64,000 nt of DNA. Origin: Mobula birostris (Eukaryota). Under the pieces are notes generated by a model. It was given only the letters and a program-made list of their open reading frames with translations. It ran no database searches and was not told where the DNA came from. Positions 1-11,996 of this stretch are shown piece after piece. Position 1 is the first letter of the stretch, and every line of letters starts with the position of its first letter. The stretch spans positions 176,739,556-176,803,555 of the forward strand of contig NC_092373.1 in assembly GCF_030028105.1 (NCBI RefSeq). The letters run 5' to 3'. The position numbers and the translations under genes are program-made.

Positions 1-480
1 TGGTAGTGGGGATAAGCTCATGCTTCTTATTAAGTGCTCCCAACAGTGTGCATCTCAAATAGCCTCTGACGACCAAGTCCAGCTCCTGGCCTTCACGTGT
101 GGCTTAGCTACAAAGTCCGGCGGAACCATTTCTACTGACAGGAGAAGGGGCAAGGACAGGTTACTGGCACCTTAAAACCGGTCACTTTGGGCAGATGGGA
201 CTCGTCAGCTGTGGTTGGCAGCTCATCTAGAAGGAAAACTCTGATCTCAAACCTCTGCTGCCACTCATGGGGAAGGTTTTGAGATAAAAGTCGAGGAAAA
301 ATCTGCAACTGGAGCCCCTAAGGCAGTCCTACATTGAGTTCAATGCTGACTGACAACTCCTGTGATGTCGCTGGTGCTAAACTGTATTGGTCTCTGCCAT
401 TCCTTTGGATTCATCAGCTGTGTGGAGAGGGGGAGCCTGCCGCACGGGCAACAGCTTGCTCTCCATATCGTACTGCACTG
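1..480. mobile_element. Non-coding interspersed repeat (RTE-associated, SINE-like)
   Basis: The motif 'ggaaaactctgatctcaaacctc...gctgcc' recurs in related copies at about 40580-40940 (-) and 48625-48995 (+). Family assignment is inferred. Confidence 0.5.
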
Positions 481-483
481 GCT

Positions 484-760
484 AGCACAGTAGTATAGTG
501 GTTAGCACAACACTTTACAGTACCAGTGGCCCAGGTTCAATTCCCGCTGCTGCCTGTGAGAAGTTTGTACATTCTCTCCATGACCACATGGGTTTCCTCT
601 GGGGACTATGGTTTCCTCCCACAGTCCAAAGACATACCGGTTGATAGGTTAATTGGTCATTGCAACTTGTCCCATGATTAGGCTAGGATTAAATCGGGGT
701 TTTGCTGGTCGCGCAGCTTGAAGTGCCTGAAGGGACTATTCCATGCTGTATCTCAGTACG
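484..760 (+). mobile_element. tRNA-derived V-SINE (HE1-like)
   Basis: A-box-like TAGTATAGTGG, B-box-like GGTTCAATTCC, and V-SINE core 'gggtttcctct...ggtttcctcccacagtccaaagac'. Confidence 0.75.
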
Positions 761-769
761 TAAATAAAG

Positions 770-1320
770 TGCCATGTAGACAGATAGATGCACCATCCAT
801 GGTCAAGAAAAGGCCTTGGGGGAGAGCATCACTGCCTGGCGTGGAGGCTGCACCACCCATGGTCAAGAAAGGGCCTTGGGGGAGAGCATCACTGCCTGGC
901 GTGGAGGCTTTAATGCGTAGGTTTGAAAGAGGCTGCAGAGGGCTGTAGATCCAGCCAGATCCAATACAGGCACCACCCGCCACACTATTGGCGACATCTT
1001 CAAAAGGCAGGGCCTCCAGAAGGTGTCATCCATCATTAAGGACCCTCGCCATCCAGAAATTGTCCTCCTCTCATTGCTACTGTGAGAGAGGAGGTACAGG
1101 AGCCTGAAGACCAACACTCAGTGTTTTATGTAGCAGTTTCTTCTCCTCAGCCATCAGGTTTCTGAATGGCTCATAAACTATGAACACTACCTCGCTGTTC
1201 CTCAATATTTATTTTTTATTTTTGTAATTTCCAGCGGTTTGTATGTCCTGCCTTGTACTGCTGTTACATTCAACAAACTTCACTACATACAGCAGCAATA
1301 GTAAACATAACTCTGATTCC
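770..1320 (+). mobile_element. Degenerate Rex1/Babar-type LINE 3' fragment containing a 60-bp tandem duplication
   Basis: 'gggaggaggtacaggagcctgaagacc' motif shared with other Rex1 3' ends in the window; 790-849 is repeated at 850-909. Confidence 0.6.
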
Positions 1321-1489
1321 CCTCTCCCCTTTTTCCAAATACACACCCCAAACCCTCGACAAACACAAATGCCTTGCCAACAGCCTCTCTCCTAGCAATG
1401 GCATTCAGTAGATCATACCACCAAAGCAAAAGTCTACAAAGATATCCACATCCTCCATGCCAAAATGAACCCTGCTGAACTGACCACTG

Positions 1490-2470
1490 CTTAATAGAAC
1501 ACTGAAATTTACACCACATTACAGGCCCTTCGGCCCACAATGTTGTGCCGACCATCTAACCTACTCTAGAAACTGCTTAGAATTTCCCTACTGCATAGCC
1601 CTCTATTTTTCTAAACTCCATATACCTAGCTAAGCGGCTCTTAAAAGACCCTATTGTATCCACTTCCACCTCTGCTGCCGGCAGTGATAACACGCACCCA
1701 CCACTCTGTGTGAAAAACTTACCCCTGACATCCCCTCAGCACCTATTTCCAAGCACCTTAAAACCATGCCCCCTCGTGTTAGCCATTTCAGCCCTGGGAA
1801 AAAGCCTCTGCCTATCCACACGATCAATGACCCTCATCATCTTATACACCTCTGTCAGGTCACCTCTCATTCTCTGTCGCTCCAAGGAGAAAAGACCAAG
1901 TACACTCAACCTATTCTCATAATGTACGCCCTCCAATCCAGGCAACATCCTTGTAAATCTCCTCTGCACTCTCTCTATATTATCCACATCCTTCCTGCAG
2001 TGAGGTGACCAGAACTGAACACAGTGCTCCAAGTAGGGTCTGACCAAGGTCTTACATAGCTGTAACATTACTTCAGGGCTCTTGAACTCAATTCCATGGT
2101 TAATGAATGCCAACATACCATACACCTTCTTAGCAGTTTTGAGTGTCCTGTCGACGTGGACCCCAAAATCTCTCAGATCCTCCACACTGCTAAGAGTGTT
2201 CCCATTTATATTATATTCTGTCTTCAAATTTGACCTACTAAAATGAACTACTTCACACTTATCTGGGTTGAACTCCATCTACCACTTTCTCAGCCCAGTT
2301 CTGCATCCTATCGATGTCCCACTGTAACCTGACAACCCTCCAGACTATCCACAACACCCCCAACCTTTGTGTTATCAGCAAACTTACTAATCCACCCCCC
2401 TACTTCTTCATCCAGGTCGTTTATAAAAATCACAAAGAGGAGGGGTCCCAGAACAGATCCCGAAGAACAA
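1490..2470 (-). mobile_element. CR1 LINE, 5'-truncated (ORF2 C-terminus and 3' UTR)
   Basis: ORF 1736-2278 carries CR1 motifs MEFNPDKCEVVHF, LVRPYLEHCVQFWSP, ERVQRRFTRM. Confidence 0.9.
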
Positions 2471-3030
2471 ATCTCTGCGCCATTATCTTCAGCTCCCTCT
2501 CACTGAAACCCGAATGGTAACACAAGTCTTAGTGTATGAGAATGAACGTTGAAGTCTGGATGGACCCAACAAAGGCTTCACCCTCATCTCCCTTTCTTAC
2601 CAAGATTCCTTAATCTACAGCCCTTTGTCATCTACAATTATCATCTTCCTGCCTCTGGCACCATCTCCATTGGCCTCTATCTGTCAATCTCAAGTTCAAG
2701 TTTATTGTCACTCAACCGTACAGTCTATTATTAAAGGTGAGGTTTCAGGGCACTTGGAGACTAAAATAAGTCAAAGTCGGCATGAAGGGAAATCTTGCCT
2801 GACAAATTTGTTAGAGTTCTTTGAGGAAGTAATAAGCAGGTTGGACAAATGAGAGGCAGTGGATGCCATTTACTTTGACTGTTAGAAGGCATTTGATAAG
2901 GTGCCACACATGAGGCTGCTTATCAAGACAAAATCCCATGGCATTACAGGAAAGAGACTGGCAGGCAGGAGGCAGTGAGTGGGAATAAAAGGGGCCTTTT
3001 CTGGTTGGCTCCCAGTGACTAGCGGTGTTC

Positions 3031-3570
3031 GAAGCAACACTTTCAGTACGCTGGATGAACTCAGCAGGTCGGGCAGCATCAGTTAGAAACGATGAGTCAA
3101 CGTTTCAGGCCAGAACCCTTTATCAGGACTGAAGAATGAAAGATGGGGAAGGATTTGAAGAATGCTTCTAGATTCAGTTGAAAGACCAGTAATTTGAAAG
3201 ACAAAGGGGTGGGGGAGGGGAAGCATTGACGTCACAGCCCTGAAAACAATGGGTGGTAGAAGAAGGAGGCGGAACCATGAGGGAGCTGGGGGAGGGGGTA
3301 GAGTGAAATAGGGATAAAGGAAGGGAGGGGGAGGGAATTACCAGAAGTTGGAGAATTCTACGTTCATACCAAGGGGCTGGAGACTACCTAGACGGTATAT
3401 GAGGTGTTGCTCCTCCAACCTGAGTTTAGCCTCATCATGACAGTAGAGGAGGCCAAGTATGGACATATCTGAATGGGAATGGGAAGCAGAGTTGAAGTGG
3501 GTGGCTACTGATGCTGCCCGACCTGCTGAGTGTTGCTTTGATCACAGCATCTGCAGATTATTTTGTGTTT
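3031..3570 (-). mobile_element. Penelope-like element 3' fragment with inverted termini, nested in CR1
   Basis: The - strand encodes a GIY-YIG tail (EEQHLIYRLGSLQP..MNVEFS). Inverted repeat 'tcagcaggtcgggcagcatcag' at 3061-3082 and about 3508-3529. A degenerate duplication of CR1 'gactagtggtgttc' flanks it. Confidence 0.8.
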
Positions 3571-4580
3571 ACGACTAGTGCTCTTCCTCAGGGGTCAGTA
3601 ATGGGACCGCTACTTTTCACATTGTTTGCTAATGATTTGGATAATGGCATTGATGGCTTTGTGGCAAAGTTTGCAGATGAATCAAAGATAGGTGGAGGGG
3701 TAGGTAATGCTGAGGAAGCAATGTGATTGCAGCGGGACTTAGACAAATTGGAAGAATGGGCAGATGGAATACAGTGTTGGGAAATGTATGATAATGCATT
3801 TCGGTAAAAGGAACAATAGTCCGGACTATTATCTAAATGGGGAGACAGTTCAAACATCAGAGGTGCAGAGGGACTTAGGAGTTCTTGTACAGGGCTCCCA
3901 GAAGGTTTATTTACAGGTTGATTCTGTGGTAAAGAAGGCAAATGCAATGTTGGCATTTATTTCAAGGGGAATAGAATATAAAAACAAGGAGATAATGCTG
4001 AGACTTTATAAGACACTAGCCAGGCCACACGTGGAGTGTTGTCAACAGTTTTAGGGCCCCACATCTCAGAAAGGATATGTTGTCATTGGAAAGAGTCCAG
4101 AGGAGGTTCATGAGGATGATTCTGACAATGAAGGGGTTAACATATGTGGAGCATTTGGTAGCTTTAGGCCTGTACTCACTGGAATTTAGAAGAATGCGGG
4201 GGGGGTGGGGGTGGGGGTGGGGATCTCATTGAAACCTACCAAATGTTGAAAGGACTAGACAAGGTGGTTGTAGAGAGGATGTTTTCTATGGTGGAAGTAT
4301 CCAGGACTAGAAGGCACAACCTCAAAATTGAGGGGTGATACTTTAGAACAGAAGTAAGAAGGAATTATTTTAGCCAGAGAATATTAAGTCTGTGGAATGC
4401 TGTGCCATAGACTGCGGTAGAGGCCAAATCCATGTGCATATTTAAGGCAGAAGTTGATCATTTCCTGATTGGTCAGGGCATCAAAGGACATGATTAGAAG
4501 GCAGGTGTATGTGGTTGAGTGGGATTCAGGATCAGCCATGATGGTATGGAGGAGCAGACTTAATGGGTTGAATGGCCTAA

Positions 4581-5323
4581 AAACTGATTTATACCTGTGC
4601 GTCAAATGTACGCCATAGGTACGGTGTAACCGCATACCCTACGCCGAACCCTACACCGTAGCCTAACGCGCACCTCTCCCAAAATGTAACTATGCGTCGC
4701 AGCGACACAGACCACAACAACTGTGATTGGTCCGCTTGGTAGCATTGCATTTCCTCCTGCACTGCAATAGCTTCCCACTGGGCGACTGAAGGGCAGGGAA
4801 GGAACTCTGGCTGCAATGCTTTCCATAAAGCTTTACAGACCTCCGAAATTACGGAGGACCCTGTGCTTGACGCCAGTTTGTAGCTAGCTGCTACAGCCTG
4901 TTGACTTCCACCTGAAGCTAAAACTCGAATGGTGATTGCCAGTCTCTGAGTATACTATGCGTACACTGATGCGAAATAAATGGTTGGAGACGATGAACCA
5001 AATCATCAAATCTACCTGCCGACATCCGAAAATATTTCAAATGCATTTCCTTGCCCACGTCTCTCAGTGGTCGGACAAGCACAGAAAATTCACCCTCCTT
5101 CAGTTTCAGTCGCCATTGTTTGAAGTTCGAGTTTCTTCATGTTGAGTCTCAACACGAAGAAACTCAACACAGTGGGATAGAAACCCCACCACCAACTAGC
5201 GTTTTGGCGGTGAATTTCAGAGAGACGCAGACACACCAACGCACAAGTATAAATGCTCACAACGGCGTAGCCCACTTGCGTAGGCTGTGGCGTAAGCTAG
5301 TACGCACAAGTATAAATCAGCCT
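4581..5323. mobile_element. Non-autonomous PIF/Harbinger-type DNA transposon
   Basis: TIRs of about 22 bp (aaactgatttatacctgtgcgt / acgcacaagtataaatcagcct), TAA TSD at 4578-4580 and 5324-5326, subterminal tacgcc/ggcgta repeats. Confidence 0.85.
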
Positions 5324-5577
5324 TAATTCTGCTCCTGTCTTATGGTACACATGTATACCACCAAACAAAACTATGTTCCTCCGGACCAAGGTGTACCACA
5401 GAGTACATATAACTTACACACATAGCACAAAGTAATATTACCACAAATAAGTTAACAAATAATAAAGTGTATTACGATACAAGTTAAAAAGTAAACAATA
5501 TAACACTACTGGCGCTTCATATGTGATGCAACCAGCCTGGTGGCAGGGAGTTCAGTAGTCTTACAGCCTAGGGGAAG

Positions 5578-5830
5578 AAATGGTTTCCTTTTAAGTCGTA
5601 GAGATATGGTGAAATTTACAAGACTTAGCTTGGGGCATTGTGGGCTAAACTATTATTTAAAGATAATAGGAAAACATCCTACTGGATTATGTGACTGTGG
5701 TAGTCCAGAGACAGTCCAGCATGTTTTGCTGAGCTGTAATCGATACAAAATTGAAAGAAGCATGTTGTTCAAGAGGCTGTCTGGCTTAAATTTATTTTGT
5801 TTTTTTATTAAATCTTTGGCCATCAAGAGA
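5578..5830 (+). mobile_element. I-group (Nimb-like) LINE ORF2 C-terminal fragment
   Basis: TRLSLGH..LN..L...GLCDCGSPETVQHVLLSC CCHC zinc-knuckle motif. Confidence 0.7.
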
Positions 5831-5914
5831 ATCAACATCTGATTGAAGAGTCTATTATTCAGTTTATACATGAGACATCTTGCATGCCATCTTGGACAAT
5901 GTCTCCCATCCACT

Positions 5915-6176
5915 ACATAATGTACTGGTTGGGTACAGGAGTACATTCAGCCAGACTCATTCCACCGAGATGCAACACAGAGCGTCATAGGAAGTCATTC
6001 CTGCCTGTGGCCATCAAACTTTACAACTCCTCCCTTGGAGGGTCAGACACCCTAAGCCAATAGGCTGGTCCTGGACTTATTTCCTGGCATAATTTACATA
6101 TTACTAATTATTTATGGTGCAACTGTAACGAAAACCAATTTTCCCCCAGGATCAATAAAGGATGACTATGACTATG
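5915..6176 (+). mobile_element. Rex1/Babar LINE 3' end
   Basis: Closely matches the reverse complement of 46405-46695; (gactat)n tail after AATAAA. Confidence 0.8.
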
Positions 6177-6236
6177 AGACTAGGTTGTATTCGAGAATTT
6201 GAGTTCCTTTAAGTTCTATAATTAATTATACATCCT

Positions 6237-6949
6237 NNNNNNNNNNNNNNNNNNNNNNNNNNNNNNNNNNNNNNNNNNNNNNNNNNNNNNNNNNNNNNNN
6301 NNNNNNNNNNNNNNNNNNNNNNNNNNNNNNNNNNNNNNNNNNNNNNNNNNNNNNNNNNNNNNNNNNNNNNNNNNNNNNNNNNNNNNNNNNNNNNNNNNNN
6401 NNNNNNNNNNNNNNNNNNNNNNNNNNNNNNNNNNNNNNNNNNNNNNNNNNNNNNNNNNNNNNNNNNNNNNNNNNNNNNNNNNNNNNNNNNNNNNNNNNNN
6501 NNNNNNNNNNNNNNNNNNNNNNNNNNNNNNNNNNNNNNNNNNNNNNNNNNNNNNNNNNNNNNNNNNNNNNNNNNNNNNNNNNNNNNNNNNNNNNNNNNNN
6601 NNNNNNNNNNNNNNNNNNNNNNNNNNNNNNNNNNNNNNNNNNNNNNNNNNNNNNNNNNNNNNNNNNNNNNNNNNNNNNNNNNNNNNNNNNNNNNNNNNNN
6701 NNNNNNNNNNNNNNNNNNNNNNNNNNNNNNNNNNNNNNNNNNNNNNNNNNNNNNNNNNNNNNNNNNNNNNNNNNNNNNNNNNNNNNNNNNNNNNNNNNNN
6801 NNNNNNNNNNNNNNNNNNNNNNNNNNNNNNNNNNNNNNNNNNNNNNNNNNNNNNNNNNNNNNNNNNNNNNNNNNNNNNNNNNNNNNNNNNNNNNNNNNNN
6901 NNNNNNNNNNNNNNNNNNNNNNNNNNNNNNNNNNNNNNNNNNNNNNNNN
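6237..6949. other. Assembly gap (713 N)
   Basis: Run of N. Confidence 1.
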
Positions 6950-7879
6950 TGCTTGAATTTCCAGCATCTGCAGATTTCCTGTTGTTTGAGGTTAGAGGAG
7001 TATGGCCAGACCGGTTCAAGTTGACAGCAAGCTAACAGTATTCAGATTGCCGTGATTTCCTACAAAGGCGTGCAGAAGAGTATCTTTGAACGCACCGTAG
7101 GTCGAATTGTAGAGTAACGCACGTAATTCACAACCACCAACATTGAGCAGAAGAGGCTGGTCTGACGTGATGACGTAATTACGTTGGGCTCTGTAACCGC
7201 GTTTTGAGTTCAGTGTTGGGAGTAAAATTAATGAGTTGTTATGGTTTTCCTTAAACATAAAAAGCATCACATCACTTTACAGAACCTTGACGTGGATGGG
7301 CCACAGCAGTAGAAGACCATGAACGTACAGTTAGTAGCCACTTTATTAGGTACAGGAGGTACTCAACAAAGTGTATATATGTACAACACTAACTACATTC
7401 CATAAAAAAACGATAATTTCTCCTGATTTAATGCCCAGAATTTGTCAGCCACCTGAAAGAATGCTTCAGTAATCTTTCTCTTGCAATATAAAGTTCTCAC
7501 TGTACAATTTTAGCCATATTTTACTATCAAGTCAATTTAAATCCTTAGATAAAATGGCTACCATCTTCAAATTAATTCATTGCACTTACAGTATTTTTAA
7601 TTGTTAGAGCAGCGCAGGAATTTTTTATTCATTTACACTATTCATTGTCTATTTCTCAGTTGCCAAGACTGTTTTAAACTCAAGACTGACTTTTTAAAAG
7701 TTCTTCAGCTGGTGTAAACATATTTTAAAAATTGCGAGACACACAGCATAAGTATCATCAAGTTGAAATTCTGTTTCTCTTTCCCCAGTGACACTGCCCC
7801 TCTGTTTGTCAGTTTGACAGTGACTGGAAAGTTGACCAATCAATCAGGATACACTACAAATTTAAGCAATCATATCAAT

Positions 7880-8240
7880 CAAAAGCCAACCGCTAGGCCG
7901 GACTTCCGCTTCCTCGTTATTTAGCGTTAAAACGGCGTTGAACATAGTTATGTAAAATCGAACTGTCAATTATACGGTCTGGTTTTATAAATATCCAAAT
8001 TCTGGGAAAGTAATAAAAAGTACCTTGGCGCTTTTGGAATCCATCCCACTGTAAATGTATAAATTTAAACTTATTTAGGAGAGAAATCGCGGAGCTTTTC
8101 CCGCCATCTTTTGAGGCTGGTAACTGAAGTTGGCCCCGCCCACTCTGTGACGTCAACGGGCTCGCTGTTTCATGTGACAGGATGGAAAAACTCTCACGCC
8201 AAGTGTTAGAGGGTCTCGGGAACTCGGGAGACGAATAAAG
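7880..8240 (-). promoter_or_regulatory. CpG-rich housekeeping/cell-cycle-type promoter (probable HAUS1)
   Basis: E2F-like TTTTCCCGCC 8096-8105 overlapping YY1 CCGCCATCTT 8101-8110; GC box 8134-8141; CRE TGACGTCA 8148-8155; E-box TCATGTGA 8170-8177; ETS-like ACTTCCGCTTCC at about 7902. Confidence 0.7.
8024..8044 (-). CDS. HAUS1: Probable HAUS augmin-like complex subunit 1, first coding exon (MDSKSAK); downstream exons not found in the window
   Basis: ATG GAT TCC AAA AGC GCC AAG followed by donor gtactt, inside a CpG-rich promoter. Resembles the recalled amphibian HAUS1 N-terminus (MDEKSTK). HAUS1 is the divergent neighbour of ATP5F1A in human. Only 7 codons support the call. Confidence 0.5.
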
Positions 8241-9942
8241 AGACAACTTTCATCAAGATCCACTTAGTTGATTTCCTTTCAAACTACTGCTACAGCTCTT
8301 CCAAAGGCCCAATTTCACAGAGAATCCCATCAGAATTATTCATTACCAATAATATTTTCTGCAAACACGAACAAACTTGGGAAATGCCTGCCGTTAGAAC
8401 TGGTGGTTAATACCAGTGCAATCCCAGGCTTTGGTTAGATCACCAGTTTATGTTTGACTGGACCTGTAAACGTCAATTTCTAGCGTCTCCAATTGTTGGT
8501 CGTTATCCTTCGCACTTCTCCGAGTCGTCTTCATCTAGGTGAGGTAAAACTATTCTTGGCTCAACTCTGAATTTTATTTTTTTTATTGACTGAGCAATCT
8601 CTATGAAAAATAATAAAAATACAAACACTGCAGATGTCAGCATGTTACAATAAAGGTCACATGATGTATACTACTACCATACTTGGTATACAGTGTACAT
8701 GAACAGACCACGAGGCCACTCAATGGTTGGGCTTTATTACCTTTGACTTCTCTGCTAGTTCCTTATAGTCCTCAATTCCTTGGTCCTTCAAGTATTCATC
8801 AATCTGCACATTTCGTATATGATATAATTTGCCTCCATCACTCTCAAAGGATGTCAGGTATATTCTGAGAGATGAAATTTCTACAAACCTTAGTCTTAAA
8901 CGACCAAACCTTTATTTTGTAGCTGAGTGCCTTTGTCATGAATTATTAATGTCACGTTTGTCTTATTTCCTATGCTAATTCACCATAGCAACTTATATTT
9001 TGATTCTCCTAACTAAGGCTATATTCTGCATTATGTGAACACTTTTTTTCTGCTACCCCATTGTCCTGATGTGAGGAAATTATCTGTATGGATAGCATAC
9101 AAAACAAAGTTTTTCACTGTACCTCAGAACGTGACAAATAATAAACCATTTTACCCCTCATTCTTGTAAACTCCAATCAATACAGGCCCAAATTATCCAG
9201 CTTCTCTTGATACACCAACCCTCTCATCCCAGGAATTAATTTGGTGAGTCTCGGGACTGCTTTCAGTGCTGCTGTGTTTATTTTTAAAGAGAGTATAGCT
9301 GTGCTGCACCATACCCTGCAGGACTGTAACAAAACCTCCCCATTCTTACATTCCAAACCTCTTCACAGTGTAGCTTGCCTTATGAGCTACTTGTTGGACC
9401 TGCCTGCTAACTTTTTGTGGTACATGCACTAGAGTGCATCTGAGCTTCATTCATTTGCCATCTTCCTCCTTTTATATAATAATCCCCCTTTTGATTCTGC
9501 CTGTCGAAGTGCATGACCTCACACTTCCCCCTCATCAAGCCCCACTTGCCAGATTTATATCTAGCCACTCACTGCAGGCACCAGAAGCCACGGTGAAGCT
9601 TGCAGGCTTCCCTAGCATATCCTCACACTGTTCTGGTCTCCCTGTATCTTTCAATGTATGTGTGGCAAATAAAGCTCATCTCCTCACCTATCAATACCTA
9701 TTGCAGAAACACAAGAAAGTCTTCACGACATGACTTAATCCTAAACTCATTTTACTCATATATTGAATGAAAATAAAAATGACCCAAGATTGCTTATTGT
9801 CATTCCCAGTACACAAGTATACAGGAAAACAAAATAATTGTTACTCTGGATTCATTGCAGCACAAAGCAAAAATAAGATAAAGAACAGAATAATAAAAAA
9901 CTGTGAATTTTAAATACATAAGCAGTTTACGTACATAGATTA

Positions 9943-10063
9943 ACAACAGGAATTCTGCAGATGCTGGAAATTCAAGCAACACACATCAAAGTTGCTGGTG
10001 AATGCAGCAGGCCAGGCAGCATCTCTAGGAAGAGGTACAGTCGACGTTTCAGGCCGAGACCCT
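9943..10063 (-). mobile_element. Penelope terminal-repeat fragment
   Basis: Near-identical to 28476-28583 and 50505-50597; ends in a partial hammerhead motif. Confidence 0.75.
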
Positions 10064-10644
10064 TGTATATACATAAAATGACACAAGGCACAGGAGTGTC
10101 TGTACATACTGTAAGGTGACTGACAGGAAATGATAAATTAGTAGTGGATTAGTGGGAAGAGGTGTTGATCAGCCTTACTGTTCGGGGAAAGTAACTGCTT
10201 TTGATTCTGGTGGTCCTGGTGTGGATGCTACGTAGCCTCCTTCCTGATGAGAGCAAGAGTCCATGAGTAGGGTAGATGGAACCCTTCACAATGAGCTTTC
10301 TGTATACATTGTCCTTGGTGGCTCTGCAGCTGCTGGGAAACTGAAATAAAACATAATGTGGGAGGAACATTTATCAGATCAGGCACTGTCTTTGAAAGAG
10401 AATGTTACTGGTCTGTGACTCTTCATTAGAAATGGGAATGTGAGAAAGTGACAGAATGTTACAACAAAGGCAATTTCTCTGATAAGCAGAGTGGCGGATA
10501 ACAGGCAGTTAAAATCAGACTAGGTTTATCGGTCTAAGGTGTTGTTAATGATGAATTTGCTAGACATGCCAGTGAGCCAGATTATTTGCAAAAAAAAAGA
10601 AATAAAGAGGAAATAGTAAGAAAAAAACTAAGATAAAATGATAC

Positions 10645-10985
10645 ATAAAAACATAAGAAATAGGAGCAGGAGTAGGCCATCTGGCCCGTTGAGCCTGCCC
10701 TGCCATTTAAGTAAGATCTTGGCTGATCTGGTCATGGACTCATCCCCACCTACCTGCCTTTTCCCCATAACCCCTAATTCCTCTGCTATGCAAAAATCTA
10801 TCCAACCTTGTCTTAAATATATTTACTGAGGTAGAGAATTCCACAGATTCACCACTCTCCTCATTTCCATCCTAAATCTACTCCCCCGAGTCTTGAGGCT
10901 ATGTCCCCTAGTTCTAGTCTCACCTACCAATGGAAACAACTTTCCTGCCTCTATCTTCTCTATCCCTTTCATAATTTGATATGTC
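10645..10985 (-). mobile_element. CR1 3' end
   Basis: 'aacataagaaataggagcaggagtaggccat' is the reverse complement of a CR1 3' terminus. Confidence 0.8.
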
Positions 10986-11179
10986 AGTGAACTTGTGGCA
11001 AAAATCAGTACAATATGATTTAGCGGCCATTACAGGGTGCAAAGGAGGTTCACCAGGTTGATTCCAGAGATGAGGGAGTTAGACTTTGAGGAGAGATTGA
11101 GTTGTCTGGGACTGTACTTACTGGAATTCAGAAGAATGAGAGGAAATTTTATAGAAACATATCAAATAAAGTGCCCTTA

Positions 11180-11890
11180 CACTCACTGTGCTTTTAAAAT
11201 CTTGTAATCTTTTACTCTTCTGAACTTGACTTTTATTCACTCCACTCTTACTTTTCTCTTTTTTCTCTTTTGCTTTTTCTTTATCCACACTTTTGTTTTT
11301 TATTTCATCCATACTTCTCCATCTGCTGAACCCAACCCCCTACTATTTAGTTTAAAGCCCTGCACACAGTCATAGTAATGCGATTCGCTAGGATCCAGGT
11401 CCCATCACTGGTCAGGTGGAGTCCGTCCCATTGGTACAATACTTCTCCAATACTGGTGCCAATTTCCTATGAATTCAAACCCACTTCTCCCACACCAATC
11501 CTTGAGCCACGCATTTAACTCTCTAGTCTTCTTGACCCTATGGCAATTTGCACATGACTCATGTAGTAATCCAGGGATTATTACCTTTTTGGTTCTGCTT
11601 TTTAATTTAGTCCCTAGTTGCTCAAATTCCCTCAGCAGAACCTCCTTCCTCATTCTCCCCATGTCGTTGGTACCCGCATGGACCACAACAACTAGATCTT
11701 TCCCCTCCCACTGCAAATTCCTCTGCAGGTCAGATAAGATGTCCCAAACCCAGGAACACAGCCTTTAGGACATTCTATCCTTGCAACAGAGAACTCTGTC
11801 TATTCCTGTGACTATACTAGCCCCAATTACCACTACATTTCTCTTCCCCCCCCTCCCGGAATGGCTCCCTGATCTACAGTGCCACAGTTA
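11180..11890 (-). mobile_element. CR1 ORF1 fragment (SGNH esterase-like domain)
   Basis: ORF 11405-11716: VVVHAGTND...LNAWLKDWC...F.FIGNW. Confidence 0.8.
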
Positions 11891-11996
11891 GGTTTTGAAT
11901 GATGGTTTGCAAAACTCTCTTACAAACAGAAAGAATGAGTTATCTGAAATTGGAGAATTTGATATTGAGTGCTGCATATTGCAACATACTTTGACA

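Larger units (their letters stand above)
2735..5346 (+). mobile_element. CR1 LINE fragment interrupted by a Penelope insertion (about 3031-3570) and a Harbinger element (4581-5323)
   Basis: SCLTNLLEFFEEV, AFDKVPH, PQGSVMGPLLF and KFAD motifs. The CR1 3' end 'aatggcctaa|ttctgctcct' is split by the Harbinger element. Confidence 0.85.

Noticed and set aside
484-560. tRNA genes (also at about 21960, 23910-23982 and 38515)
   Set aside because: A/B boxes without a full cloverleaf, followed by SINE bodies.
6209-7019. 252-aa and 265-aa ORFs
   Set aside because: Artefacts of translating the N gap.
7393-7452. Possible HAUS1 exon 2 after acceptor tctttcag (VADKFWAL...)
   Set aside because: It reaches a stop after 19 codons and lacks the expected WLK..F...P.YEVN motif. 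The real exon may be in the gap or outside the window.
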